Part shown: positions 27,903-36,451 of the stretch, piece after piece
Layout of the letters: each line of letters begins with the position of its first letter
How positions within the stretch are numbered: the stretch's first letter is position 1
IMG/VR virus record: IMGVR_UViG_3300021403_000005
Reading direction: 5' to 3' (one strand)
DNA: 64,000 bases
DNA from: a virus
Notes under the pieces: generated by a model
Told to the model about the DNA's origin: nothing
The model's input: the letters and a program-made list of their open reading frames with translations, nothing else
Database searches by the model: none
Translations under genes and position numbers: made by a program

Positions 27903-28282
27903 GACCCCGTTATCTGCGCGCTAAGAAGCTGTACCGTCTGTCCTGCCGTAATGAGCGTAGAATTCAGCCCATTGGACAAGATTATGTCCGCTCCTGATAA
28001 AGGAATTCCTACAGTAAGTCCACTAATCATGACGTTACCGGCACCGTCTTTTATTACTCCGGCCGTGGCCGACCCAGTATTAGCAGCCGAAGGATCAAGC
28101 AACGTCCCAATAAAGGTCAGCACTCCGGCATTAGCCGTTCCACATGGATTGGCCAATGCAATAGTGGATAGTATCGTACCACCAGCTAACAACTGAAGAG
28201 TGCCATTGCCCGCATCGTCAATGGCCGTGATAACTCCATTCAAGCGATCTGTAATGGCGGTTTGACTATAGTTTACGGGCAT
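27899..28282 (-). CDS. Small structural protein
   Basis: RLNGVITAID..G.GTLQL...ILSTIAL..P, ATAGVIKDG.G...ISGLTVG; ATGA coupling to the transferase gene. Confidence 0.65.
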   Translation of the reverse strand: MPVNYSQTAITDRLNGVITAIDDAGNGTLQLLAGGTILSTIALANPCGTANAGVLTFIGTLLDPSAANTGSATAGVIKDGAGNVMISGLTVGIPLSGADIILSNGLNSTLITAGQTVQLLSAQITGS

Positions 28283-28289
28283 AACAACG

Positions 28290-28730
28290 CTAGCCTCCTT
28301 CTCCTTGAAGGATCGTTAGCGTGGTTACGTTGCTGCTACTGTTGGTGCTGGAAAGGCGCAGTGCTGCGGGTGGCGGCGAAAAGACCCCAGAAATCCCATC
28401 AGGGAAAATGTTGCTGGATGTAAAGTGAAGCGCGGGGGCGCCAGCCGTGCTGCTGCCTATAACACCCGTGTAGGGATAGCTGCTGATACCAGACCAAATA
28501 CCTATCGAGGATGGCAGGCCAGTAACAACACCAGTGGGCGGATAGGTAGTCGAGTAGGCAGAAAGCATAATGTCATCCAGACTATACTGGATGGTATAAT
28601 CCCCGGTCGCGAGGCTGGAGCTTGTCGTGAGCCGCCACAGAACAGGCTTGCCACCACGCCAATCAAGCGCAATCGGCTTGGAAGTTACCGCACCGGAGGA
28701 AGCTGAGACTGTGACGAAAGCGTAGGGCAT
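28290..28730 (-). CDS. Ser/Thr-rich structural protein
   Basis: 146 aa; 43 Ser+Thr by hand count (about 29%). Confidence 0.65.
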   Translation of the reverse strand: MPYAFVTVSASSGAVTSKPIALDWRGGKPVLWRLTTSSSLATGDYTIQYSLDDIMLSAYSTTYPPTGVVTGLPSSIGIWSGISSYPYTGVIGSSTAGAPALHFTSSNIFPDGISGVFSPPPAALRLSSTNSSSNVTTLTILQGEGG

Positions 28731-28939
28731 TGGCTATTTTCCTGGGCGGTATTTCGCAAATGTAATCGCCAACCTTGCCCTTCGTCCTAAAGTTCCGGGC
28801 GCATCGCGGTGCTTATGCGCAAACTCCATTGTCGATTCGCCTGCCCGATGAGCGGCCTGCCGTAAGGCGCCTTTATGTTTTACGGCTGTGGCCATCCATC
28901 CTCCGGTCCTGCCGCCGGATGCATAACCATCAGGACCGT

Positions 28940-29242
28940 CTATTTTCCCGAGTGCGGAGGCGGATTGCCACCTGCCACAACAGCCTTGACGTGGGCGCTG
29001 GAGAACGGGCTGTGGTCGCTGCCAGTCTTGGACGAACTCAGGTGCGTATGCGTGCCAGCGGCACCGCCACGGGCAAACTTGTCCACCCGGCCACCTGACT
29101 TACGGCCAGGAACAGCACCACCAGCCTTCTTCTGAATCGCGCCCGGCTTGTCCTTCTTTTCCTTGGCTTCCTTCTCAACATTAGGATTACCATAGGCGTC
29201 CATAACCTTACCGCCGTGCGCTCTTTTATGACGTGCTGCCAT
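28940..29242 (-). CDS. Small basic internal head protein with GG motifs
   Basis: AGGA RBS before ATG 29242; K/R-rich; GGRVDKFARGGAA. Confidence 0.7.
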   Translation of the reverse strand: MAARHKRAHGGKVMDAYGNPNVEKEAKEKKDKPGAIQKKAGGAVPGRKSGGRVDKFARGGAAGTHTHLSSSKTGSDHSPFSSAHVKAVVAGGNPPPHSGK

Positions 29243-29256
29243 TGTCCTGTCCTTCA

Positions 29257-30306
29257 TTACACCGAGCTAAATTGCGCGGCTCCAAAGAGATTGTAGTTGT
29301 TGGTCGGGCTGATATTGTTGAAGCCACTGTAAGATGACAGTGCCGCATCGGCAACACCGATCATCGGATTCTGGATCATCAGGATTCGCATCCCACCCGA
29401 GGTGCTAGAGGCCACCGACGAGACATAAGTGCCGCGAACGTCACCATTAGTTGAGGTAGCCGTTGGCAGCGATGAGCCGTACACATGAGCACCGCTGCTC
29501 AACGTAACCAATGCAGCCGAACTCGTGGCGCCAGTCCAGATGGTGACGTAGCCAGGATGCTGAAGCAGGAACGGGAATCCATAAGTATCCGCCGTGCCGA
29601 CCACGACATTGGTGCTGGCCAGGGTCCCTGTGGAGTTAACCGGCGTAATGGACGTGATGTATTTATAGGCTTTCTTGCTGATAACGGGAACGCCGCCGGT
29701 AGCGCCAGCAGTAGTCGAGCCACCCGTTGTACCGGCAACCGTTTCCGTAACCTTGAACCCGTAAACATCCCGCCCGGCAATCGACCAGTTGATGCCACCA
29801 TCGTTCTGGGACGAGCCAGCAATGGAAATACAGCGGCCACAGACCGAAGCCGGATTCCAAATCTGGATGGAGTTGGCGCTGCCAAATGAGATACCAGCCG
29901 CCGTAGAGCCGCCACATGGCGTATCAATACAAAGCAGCGTGCCGGTGATGAGCTTGCCAGTCTCAGGGGCGATAATGCACGATACCGCCGTAACAGTCAC
30001 CCCACTGGCCGTCAGTGTCAGCGCGGTTCCGTTCGTTGGGACCTGCGTGGTAGCGATGTTGTTGGACGAGATCGTGCCGGGGATATAATCAACGATAGCC
30101 GTCTGACCCCAGAACCCGAAGGTCGGCTGCGTTGCCGACTGCCCAGGCTGGTAACCATAGCCGTACTGCGCTCGCGGGTCGAGCATCCCCGAACCAAGAT
30201 CGTTCAGGGAAGGACCGCGATGCTCGTTGTATTCACCCTGGCCGCCGCTAGCACTTACGGTGATGCCGTAAGTAATAGCCGGACCTGCCATTGCATCAAT
30301 AGTCAT
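29257..30306 (-). CDS. Ser/Thr/Gly-rich structural protein downstream of the capsid gene
   Basis: 349 aa; GRDVYGFKVTETVAG, KKAYKYITSI, VGTADTYGFPF, TSTNGDVRGTY. Confidence 0.7.
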   Translation of the reverse strand: MTIDAMAGPAITYGITVSASGGQGEYNEHRGPSLNDLGSGMLDPRAQYGYGYQPGQSATQPTFGFWGQTAIVDYIPGTISSNNIATTQVPTNGTALTLTASGVTVTAVSCIIAPETGKLITGTLLCIDTPCGGSTAAGISFGSANSIQIWNPASVCGRCISIAGSSQNDGGINWSIAGRDVYGFKVTETVAGTTGGSTTAGATGGVPVISKKAYKYITSITPVNSTGTLASTNVVVGTADTYGFPFLLQHPGYVTIWTGATSSAALVTLSSGAHVYGSSLPTATSTNGDVRGTYVSSVASSTSGGMRILMIQNPMIGVADAALSSYSGFNNISPTNNYNLFGAAQFSSV

Positions 30307-30318
30307 CTGTCAGGTCCC

Positions 30319-31233
30319 TTACTGCGTGGGGAACGTCCCATAGACCGAACGCCAGTCGTAGTAAGTGGGCACATAGCGCTGGTAGCCCTTGACCAAGAGG
30401 TTGTCCGTGGTGAACTCCACCGACATATCCATCTCGAAGGCTTTACGGTTGAAGAAGATAAGCCCATCGTGATTGGTGAGGATGAACCACGCATAGGAAG
30501 AGGTCAGGTAATCCCAGACCATAAAGCCTTCCTTGAGCGAGTCGTTCATGCCCAGAATCGCGTTGATATCGTTCTGTGCCGTGCCGGGACGAAGCTCGGA
30601 GCGGAACAGGCGTAACGCAATCGGCTCAAGATTCGGAGGCACAAGTACCTTGCGGCCACGCGCATGAATCTTCAGGCCCGCGTTGTCCTTCCAAGTGGAG
30701 CGGATGGTAATGAGAGCGTTCAGGAGTGAAGTCTCATTAAGGTCCACGTCCGGCGATGGCTGGTTGGCAATCGTCGCTTGGTCGATGGGATGAGCAGTAC
30801 TGAACAGAGAAACACCGTCGCCCTGCACCGCCGTATTGAAGGTCGTGCCCGTATTGAACACGTTCGCAGCATAGATTTCTTCGGTTTCCTTGAAGGATTC
30901 CATCAGACCATCGTTCGATGGTCCGAACTCTGCCTTGTAAAGGTTGTCGTCAATCGCCTTGCGAGTGATCGCGTAGCCAAGGCCAATCTCGAAATGCTCG
31001 GCGTTATAGACGAAGCGCTGACCCGCCGAGTTGTCGAAGGAGGTAGGCGCACCTTCCTGCTTCAACATCGCAAAGCCGAGGTAGCGAACCGCAGCACGCC
31101 GTTCGAGCGCCATGCTGGAATCGGTCTGCCGGAAAATCTTCGGCCATTGGCGTTCTATCATACTGTACTTGCCCGAGATGCCCCAAAGGCCCGGCAGCAA
31201 CAAATCGCGTATCTGACTTAACGCGACTGGCAT
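30319..31233 (-). CDS. Major capsid protein
   Basis: 304 aa; LLLPGLWGI.G.Y, KQEGAPTSFD, YAITRKAIDDNLY, SFKETEEI.AANVFN, GDGVSLFSTAHP, VPPNLE..A.RLF.SELRPGTAQNDINA; AAAGGA RBS. Confidence 0.85.
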   Translation of the reverse strand: MPVALSQIRDLLLPGLWGISGKYSMIERQWPKIFRQTDSSMALERRAAVRYLGFAMLKQEGAPTSFDNSAGQRFVYNAEHFEIGLGYAITRKAIDDNLYKAEFGPSNDGLMESFKETEEIYAANVFNTGTTFNTAVQGDGVSLFSTAHPIDQATIANQPSPDVDLNETSLLNALITIRSTWKDNAGLKIHARGRKVLVPPNLEPIALRLFRSELRPGTAQNDINAILGMNDSLKEGFMVWDYLTSSYAWFILTNHDGLIFFNRKAFEMDMSVEFTTDNLLVKGYQRYVPTYYDWRSVYGTFPTQ

Positions 31234-31271
31234 GGTAGTAATCCTTTGAAATTGCTTGTCAATTTTTCAAG

Positions 31272-31300
31272 TTGACAAGACACGTAGTTGACCATATATC
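31272..31300 (+). promoter_or_regulatory. Candidate sigma70 promoter for the inverted HNH gene
   Basis: TTGACA (31272-77), 17-nt spacer, TATATC; the -35 box is one arm of the 8-bp inverted repeat cttgtcaa/ttgacaag (31255-31279). Confidence 0.45.
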
Positions 31301-31343
31301 TTCCCATGTTTTTGGGTAGCAACCAAATCACAGGAGAGATACG

Positions 31344-32102
31344 GTGGACGAGACGACTGAAGAATGGCTTCCGATCCCCGGCTACGAAGGACAATACGAA
31401 GTATCGAATCAGTTTCGTGTAAGGCGCCTTGCGAGGATGGCGGAACACGGCATGGAGGGATTCAAGAGAGTCCTTGCTGCAAGATTGCTCTCGGTCTCGA
31501 ACAACAACGGCTACTTGGTGGTTTATCTCTGTCGGCCTGGACACCGAAAGAGAGCCAAAAAGTTCTATATTGAAGCCGCCGTTGAAAAGCTTTTTCCGGG
31601 CACCCTTCCAAAGATTCAAGATATTAGTGAGCCGGGAGAGGAATGGCGCCCTATTAGCGGATACGAGGGCCTGTACGAGGTTAGTAGTATTGGTCGAATC
31701 AAGAGCGTGGGATGGTACGTTAACAGAGGCGCCAAAAGACGCTACGCGAGGCCCCGCATCAGGATCGTTGGCATCGGGTCCAACGGCTACCCCAAAGTGG
31801 AACTTGCGATTAAGGGGAGAATCAGGACGGTTTCCATCCACCGACTTGTCGCGACAGCTTTCATTCCCAACCCCCTCAATCTTCCTATCGTCCATCACAA
31901 GGATGAAGATAGAACGAACAATCGAGTTGAGAATCTGGAGTGGGCTACGGCAGAGAAAAACATTGGCGATTGGTTTGACAGAAGGCGCGTCGTGATAACG
32001 CCCCACACCATCGAACGAATAGCCTTGGCCCACGCTTCCGGCAAAACCCCAGCCGAAATCCTGTCCTCTCTCCCGAGAAGAAGAAAGCCGCTGAAGAAAT
32101 GA
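31344..32102 (+). CDS. Tandem NUMOD4 plus HNH homing endonuclease, antisense to the late operon
   Basis: Two EEW.PI.GYEG.YEVS repeats; IHRLVATAFIPNPLNLPIVHHKDEDRTNNRVENLEW; CAGGAGA RBS with GTG start. Confidence 0.9.
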   Translation: MDETTEEWLPIPGYEGQYEVSNQFRVRRLARMAEHGMEGFKRVLAARLLSVSNNNGYLVVYLCRPGHRKRAKKFYIEAAVEKLFPGTLPKIQDISEPGEEWRPISGYEGLYEVSSIGRIKSVGWYVNRGAKRRYARPRIRIVGIGSNGYPKVELAIKGRIRTVSIHRLVATAFIPNPLNLPIVHHKDEDRTNNRVENLEWATAEKNIGDWFDRRRVVITPHTIERIALAHASGKTPAEILSSLPRRRKPLKK

Positions 32103-32132
32103 CGGAATAATAAAGAACACTTGCGATCCTTA

Positions 32133-32777
32133 CTAAGTAGAAGCCGCGTTGAGAGAGTTGCGCGCCCACAGATTGGGACGAACAACGAGAATATTCGCAC
32201 CCTCGGAACCGCTCGACGTGCCATTGACGCCCGGAGGCGCGAAGTTGGCGTAAACGTCAACGACGCGGAACGGAGAGGTGGCCGACTGAATCGTGGGCGC
32301 CACCGAAGAAGCGAGACACTGACCGGATTGGCCAGTCGTGGTGTTGCCCGCAACGGACGAGGCAATCGCGATGCCCCATCCAATATTCGATGAACCGATC
32401 AGAGTCGCGGTCGTAGTTGAGACTTGGGCGATAAAGAGTTGCTGGGGATTGTCGATGACGTAGGCATTGCATGGTGAACTGGAACCGACCGAGGCCGGGA
32501 AGTAGCTGTTCCAGACGGTGCGGCCAACCGATCCGTTGTAGTATTCGCAACCAACGAATACTCCAGCAATGACATAGCCACTCGAAGCGACTAGCGGCGA
32601 GATGGTGTTCGGGTTGGTGCCGAAGGCTTGCGCCGAACTCAGCAAAACCACGTCGCCAGTGTAGTAGGAATTGGTATCGCTCGATGCGATGAAGTAGCGG
32701 CTCATGCCCCCGGTCGGGGCAGTCCCCTCTTGCTGGCCAAAGGGCCGGAAACCGAAAGGACTGAATGTGTTAGACAA
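32133..32777 (-). CDS. Capsid-associated structural (cement/decoration) protein
   Basis: SNTFSPFGFRP, YYTGDVV, GVFVGCEYY..GRTVW..YFP, YVIDNPQQLF; AGGAGG RBS with TTG start. Confidence 0.75.
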   Translation of the reverse strand: MSNTFSPFGFRPFGQQEGTAPTGGMSRYFIASSDTNSYYTGDVVLLSSAQAFGTNPNTISPLVASSGYVIAGVFVGCEYYNGSVGRTVWNSYFPASVGSSSPCNAYVIDNPQQLFIAQVSTTTATLIGSSNIGWGIAIASSVAGNTTTGQSGQCLASSVAPTIQSATSPFRVVDVYANFAPPGVNGTSSGSEGANILVVRPNLWARNSLNAAST

Positions 32778-33261
32778 TGTTGCCTCCTGTTGCGGCGTCT
32801 CTAGCTTTCACAGCCTGACCTAAGCAGGCGAATGTCTCACGATAGATTGTTTCACCGTCCCTAAAAACTTGGACGTGAAAACTCTTGCGTTTTCGACTGA
32901 TATTTTTGATACCCAGCGTACTGTTAGACCAGCCGCCAGAGTTCACCATATTGCCGCTACGAGAAACCTCCCGTAGATTAATAAGGCGATTATCGTCTTT
33001 GTCTCGATTGATGTGATCTAGTTCGATTGGCCATTCGCCATAAACGTAAAACCACGCGAGACGATGAGCCAAGAATCGAGAACCGCAAGCGCGAATCACC
33101 CTATAACCTGTAGCCAACACAGTACCGGCCACAGACCCGATAGGACTTTGATGGAAGCTAGTAAGACGAATAAACTCGCCGGTTTCCGCATCGTAACACA
33201 AATAGGAGCGCAGAGCCTCTTGGCTCAATGCCCTCTCCTTATCTACGTTTCGATTGGCCAT
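32770..33261 (-). CDS. HNH-AP2 homing endonuclease
   Basis: LRSYLCYDAETGEF, LAHRLAWFYVYGEWP.ELDHINRDKDDNRLINLREVS..N, AP2-like C-terminus; GGAG RBS before ATG 33261. Confidence 0.9.
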   Translation of the reverse strand: MANRNVDKERALSQEALRSYLCYDAETGEFIRLTSFHQSPIGSVAGTVLATGYRVIRACGSRFLAHRLAWFYVYGEWPIELDHINRDKDDNRLINLREVSRSGNMVNSGGWSNSTLGIKNISRKRKSFHVQVFRDGETIYRETFACLGQAVKARDAATGGNIV

Positions 33262-33282
33262 GTATGGCTCCATCGACTGTTG

Positions 33283-33331
33283 CTACGAGCGTCGCAGCTT
33301 GAGTCAGGTGAACCATCACGGCGCGTGACGG
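33283..33331 (-). promoter_or_regulatory. Two-hairpin leader upstream of the HNH/decoration/capsid genes
   Basis: Minus strand ccgtcac-gcgcc-gtgatgg and gctgcga-cgc-tcgtagc stems (each with one G-U pair), just 5' of the RBS. Confidence 0.35.
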
Positions 33332-33370
33332 GTAGGATTTACCAAGGAATTACATAATTAATATTTTACG

Positions 33371-33682
33371 TCAAGATACATCGCCGCTGAATATAGCATT
33401 GCCGTCAGTGACTAGAATAATATGCATTCTCGCATACTGTCCCGACGTGCCTGTGGCGCCAGTAACATTGTTAGCGGTAGCGCCGCTAAGCGCAGTAACG
33501 CCGACCGCGCCGGTCCCGTATTGAACAACATAGACTTGGGTTCCGGCAGGGCAGATTGGAGATATTTGAATAATAACCGAGGAACTCAAAGTACTTGTAA
33601 GTACTACGTTATTATTGCGGCCATCCAATACCAATGCCGTAGTAGTGTTGATTGTTACATTCGGATATGACTTGAGCGCCAT
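33371..33682 (-). CDS. Small Ser/Thr-rich structural protein
   Basis: 103 aa; CPAGTQVYVVQYGTGAVGV..GATGTSGQYA resembles the C-terminus of the 23105 fibre. Confidence 0.65.
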   Translation of the reverse strand: MALKSYPNVTINTTTALVLDGRNNNVVLTSTLSSSVIIQISPICPAGTQVYVVQYGTGAVGVTALSGATANNVTGATGTSGQYARMHIILVTDGNAIFSGDVS

Positions 33683-33684
33683 GG

Positions 33685-34266
33685 CTATGCTTTCTTGTCG
33701 CCGGGAATAAACGCCCCATCCAGGGTTTTAGTGATTCGATTGGTGGCCAGCGCGGAACTGTGGCGGGCATCAAGCGAGATCGGCAAGTCGCCACTGCGCA
33801 TCGCCGCTTCCTTGATCTGAACCTGCTCGATAGCCCTGAGCTTATCTTCACGGATGGACTTAACGCTCAATTCGGCTGGCCGCATCATCAGTACCAAACC
33901 ATCCGCCTTAATCTCTCCAGGAGCGCCCTTCGGCATGAACATGCCGTCAAACTGGCCAGAAAAGTCGTCCTGGTGAACCGGCGTCCAGCCTTTCCGCTCA
34001 AATTCAGCGCGATGCTGCGGCACCGGCTGACCATAAACACTGTCCGTAACCCACAAAGCCGCCATGCCTTCCGGGATTAATTCGGAGGCAATATGCAGGC
34101 GATCAGGGGTGTCTTGGGCATTGGGATCAATCTCTTCCCAATTCGGCTTAGCCCGCATCTTGTACTTGGGCGTCGCAGTCTCGCCACGAAGCGCCTCGCG
34201 CTCGACAACGACCTTACGTGGACGGCCAGGACGGCGTTTCTGAGGGGTGGCTACTGTTTCGGTCAT
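33685..34266 (-). CDS. Head-module hypothetical protein
   Basis: LHI..ELIPEGM...W....VYGQP..QHRAEFERKGWTPV, I..DGLVLMMRP. Confidence 0.7.
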   Translation of the reverse strand: MTETVATPQKRRPGRPRKVVVEREALRGETATPKYKMRAKPNWEEIDPNAQDTPDRLHIASELIPEGMAALWVTDSVYGQPVPQHRAEFERKGWTPVHQDDFSGQFDGMFMPKGAPGEIKADGLVLMMRPAELSVKSIREDKLRAIEQVQIKEAAMRSGDLPISLDARHSSALATNRITKTLDGAFIPGDKKA

Positions 34267-35270
34267 CGTCCGTCTCCATAAGTGCCATTGGCCTTCATCG
34301 TATTGATCTTCTCAAGTTGTTTGGCATATTCAGCCTCGGTCACACCTGAGATTCTGGCAAACTCGCGCTGCTCAGCGGTAAGCTTGACCTGACCGTTCTT
34401 ACGCGGCGCCGAACCGCCCGGTACTTCCCGGCTGACTGGTGCGCTCACGATTGAAGTCCTTTGCTGTTGCTGCGGTGGCTCATCGTCCTCTTCCACCTTC
34501 GAAGCCTCGCGCATCCCAAGATGCACCTCCATGGATTCGTAGTATTCCGGTGAGAAAGCCTTGTGGCCCTCGTCAATCACGTCCCAATGGAGCGCCTGAA
34601 TCTTACTATTCTTGCGCTGGTCGGTGAGATATTCGGGGTGCTTCCGTAGCCAGTTCTTGGCGGTATCCGGCAGGCCAGAACGATCAAGCTGGTCGCCCTG
34701 TTGCTGGGGTTGCTCAGTCTTGACCGGAGCTTCCTTAAGGGCCTTAGCCTTTTCTTCAAGCTCTAGTTTACCGTCCTGAAGAATCTTCGCATTAGCTGCC
34801 GCCTCAGCGAGGCGCCCGTAGGCATCGGTCTGAAGATCGGCATCGCCTGCCTGAATCGCAGTCTTAATATCGCCCTTGGCGCGCTCGATCTCGGCTTGGG
34901 CAGCCGCAAGACCGCTAGTGATGGCATCGTATTGGTTCTGCGTGGCAGCGTTTTGGAACTTGAGAGCCTCGGCCTTACTCGCCTGAGCCTCACGAACAGC
35001 CGCCTCGCGATCCCTAGCAGCTTGGTCGGCACGCTGCCGTTCGGCCTCTTCAGAGCGCCTTAAATCCTCGATCTGCTTCTTTAGAAGCTTGGTAGCCTCA
35101 TCTTCGGACGCCTGCTTAGGGGGAGGAGTCTGGTCATCTTCAGCCTCGAATGGCCCAGGTGCTTCCTTGGACTCGAAACCTTTGTCCTCGGTTTGTTCTC
35201 CAGCCGGAGTAGTCTTTTCGACAGGAGGCTGCTTGGCAAGCTGTGCAGTAGCAGAACGGGATTTGGCCAT
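34263..35270 (-). CDS. Capsid scaffolding protein
   Basis: 335 aa; acidic coiled coil, AKNWLRKHPEY, C-terminal VKLT.EQREFARISGVTEAEYAKQ. Confidence 0.75.
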   Translation of the reverse strand: MAKSRSATAQLAKQPPVEKTTPAGEQTEDKGFESKEAPGPFEAEDDQTPPPKQASEDEATKLLKKQIEDLRRSEEAERQRADQAARDREAAVREAQASKAEALKFQNAATQNQYDAITSGLAAAQAEIERAKGDIKTAIQAGDADLQTDAYGRLAEAAANAKILQDGKLELEEKAKALKEAPVKTEQPQQQGDQLDRSGLPDTAKNWLRKHPEYLTDQRKNSKIQALHWDVIDEGHKAFSPEYYESMEVHLGMREASKVEEDDEPPQQQQRTSIVSAPVSREVPGGSAPRKNGQVKLTAEQREFARISGVTEAEYAKQLEKINTMKANGTYGDGR

Positions 35271-35280
35271 CTGATTGGTC

Positions 35281-35700
35281 CTACAGGGTATCTATGAGAT
35301 TTGGGTCTTGTACGCGCATCATGAAGCTAGAGTCCCTCACAATACGGCATGGGTAATCCTTAATAGTCACACTCCAACCATCTCCCACTTTATACACACC
35401 CCAGTCCCCAATATCGAGCTTGGATGCTCCCCAAGTATATTCCTCGTCATCCTTAAAGGCATCCGGGCCACACTTAAGTATAAGCCCACATTTACCCTGC
35501 CACACATCTTCACCAACATTATCATCCGGGCGAAAAATGCCACCGGCTGTCTTTTCATAACGAATATGGGTAGCCACAAGAACCCGGTTAAGGAGAATCT
35601 CGACTTCGGAAAGGTCGCCCAGGAAATCTAGAATAGCGCTTTTGGAATCACGCGAACTGGAAACCGCCTTAATTGCCCTATGAGGAATGACTACACCCAT
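35281..35700 (-). CDS. groES: GroES-like co-chaperonin
   Basis: LLNRVLV...EKTAGGIFRPD (mobile loop), G.ILKCGP, IGDWGVY. Confidence 0.75.
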   Translation of the reverse strand: MGVVIPHRAIKAVSSSRDSKSAILDFLGDLSEVEILLNRVLVATHIRYEKTAGGIFRPDDNVGEDVWQGKCGLILKCGPDAFKDDEEYTWGASKLDIGDWGVYKVGDGWSVTIKDYPCRIVRDSSFMMRVQDPNLIDTL

Positions 35701-35891
35701 TACTCTTCCCTTTGATCTGCGATGGCTTCAGCTATCTTGAGAGCATCGTTTAAGCCATCCAAATACCCAACCTGATACTTGTAGGCCACGTAATCGACAC
35801 AGAATCCACGAAGGACAGATTCGCTGCGATCTGCCATCGCGGTCTTAATGTCCCTCTCCAATAAAGAATGGAAGTGAGTCTTGTTGGCCAT
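35700..35891 (-). CDS. Small hypothetical protein
   Basis: DYVAYKYQVGYLDGL..AL..A; coupled to neighbours. Confidence 0.65.
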   Translation of the reverse strand: MANKTHFHSLLERDIKTAMADRSESVLRGFCVDYVAYKYQVGYLDGLNDALKIAEAIADQREE

Positions 35892-36449
35892 TTAGCTCCC
35901 AGGGAGAGGCTTGCCGCCATATTTTCTTGATTTCTGTAGTCGCCCCTCGCCGCTGAAAGAGCCAGCAGACATACCGACTTTTCCACCGCGTTTATAAACC
36001 GGGCCGCCAAGCTTACGCATCGGCATACCGCCTGGAGGCGGCCCACCCATGCCCGGAGGGCCACCCATCCCAGGGGGCGGCATACCAGGAGGCGGAGCGC
36101 CCATACCGGGCGGAGGCATCGGTGGCGGTCCACCAGCACCCGGAGGTGGCATAGGCGGTCCACCAGGAGCACCACCAACCGCATGGCCACCGTGAGGTGC
36201 AACCATGATATTGATGTGCGTACCCTTTTTACCCTTAGCCGCACCCCCGCGAGCGAACTTATCCACCCTGCCTCCAGCCTTATGGCCAGGAGCTTTCATC
36301 TCATCGTGCTTCTTCAGCATCTTCTTAATCAGATGCCGATCTTCCTTTTCGTCACCATGAGCAGCGCCACCACGCTTGAAATGCTTCATCTCATGGGCGC
36401 GTTTACGCCCAGCGTGGACTTCTTTGTGGGCTTCATAGGGATGGGCCAT
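35892..36449 (-). CDS. Basic, Pro/Gly-rich internal head protein with GG motifs
   Basis: HFKRGG, GGRVDKFARGGAA, KGTHINIMV, polyproline tract, AGSFSGEGRLQK. Confidence 0.7.
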   Translation of the reverse strand: MAHPYEAHKEVHAGRKRAHEMKHFKRGGAAHGDEKEDRHLIKKMLKKHDEMKAPGHKAGGRVDKFARGGAAKGKKGTHINIMVAPHGGHAVGGAPGGPPMPPPGAGGPPPMPPPGMGAPPPGMPPPGMGGPPGMGGPPPGGMPMRKLGGPVYKRGGKVGMSAGSFSGEGRLQKSRKYGGKPLPGS

Positions 36450-36451
36450 GA

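Noticed and set aside
14910-33261. HNH genes as group I intron-encoded
   Set aside because: All three lie between intact genes, the flanks are too short for an intron core, and the neighbouring ORFs are complete without splicing.
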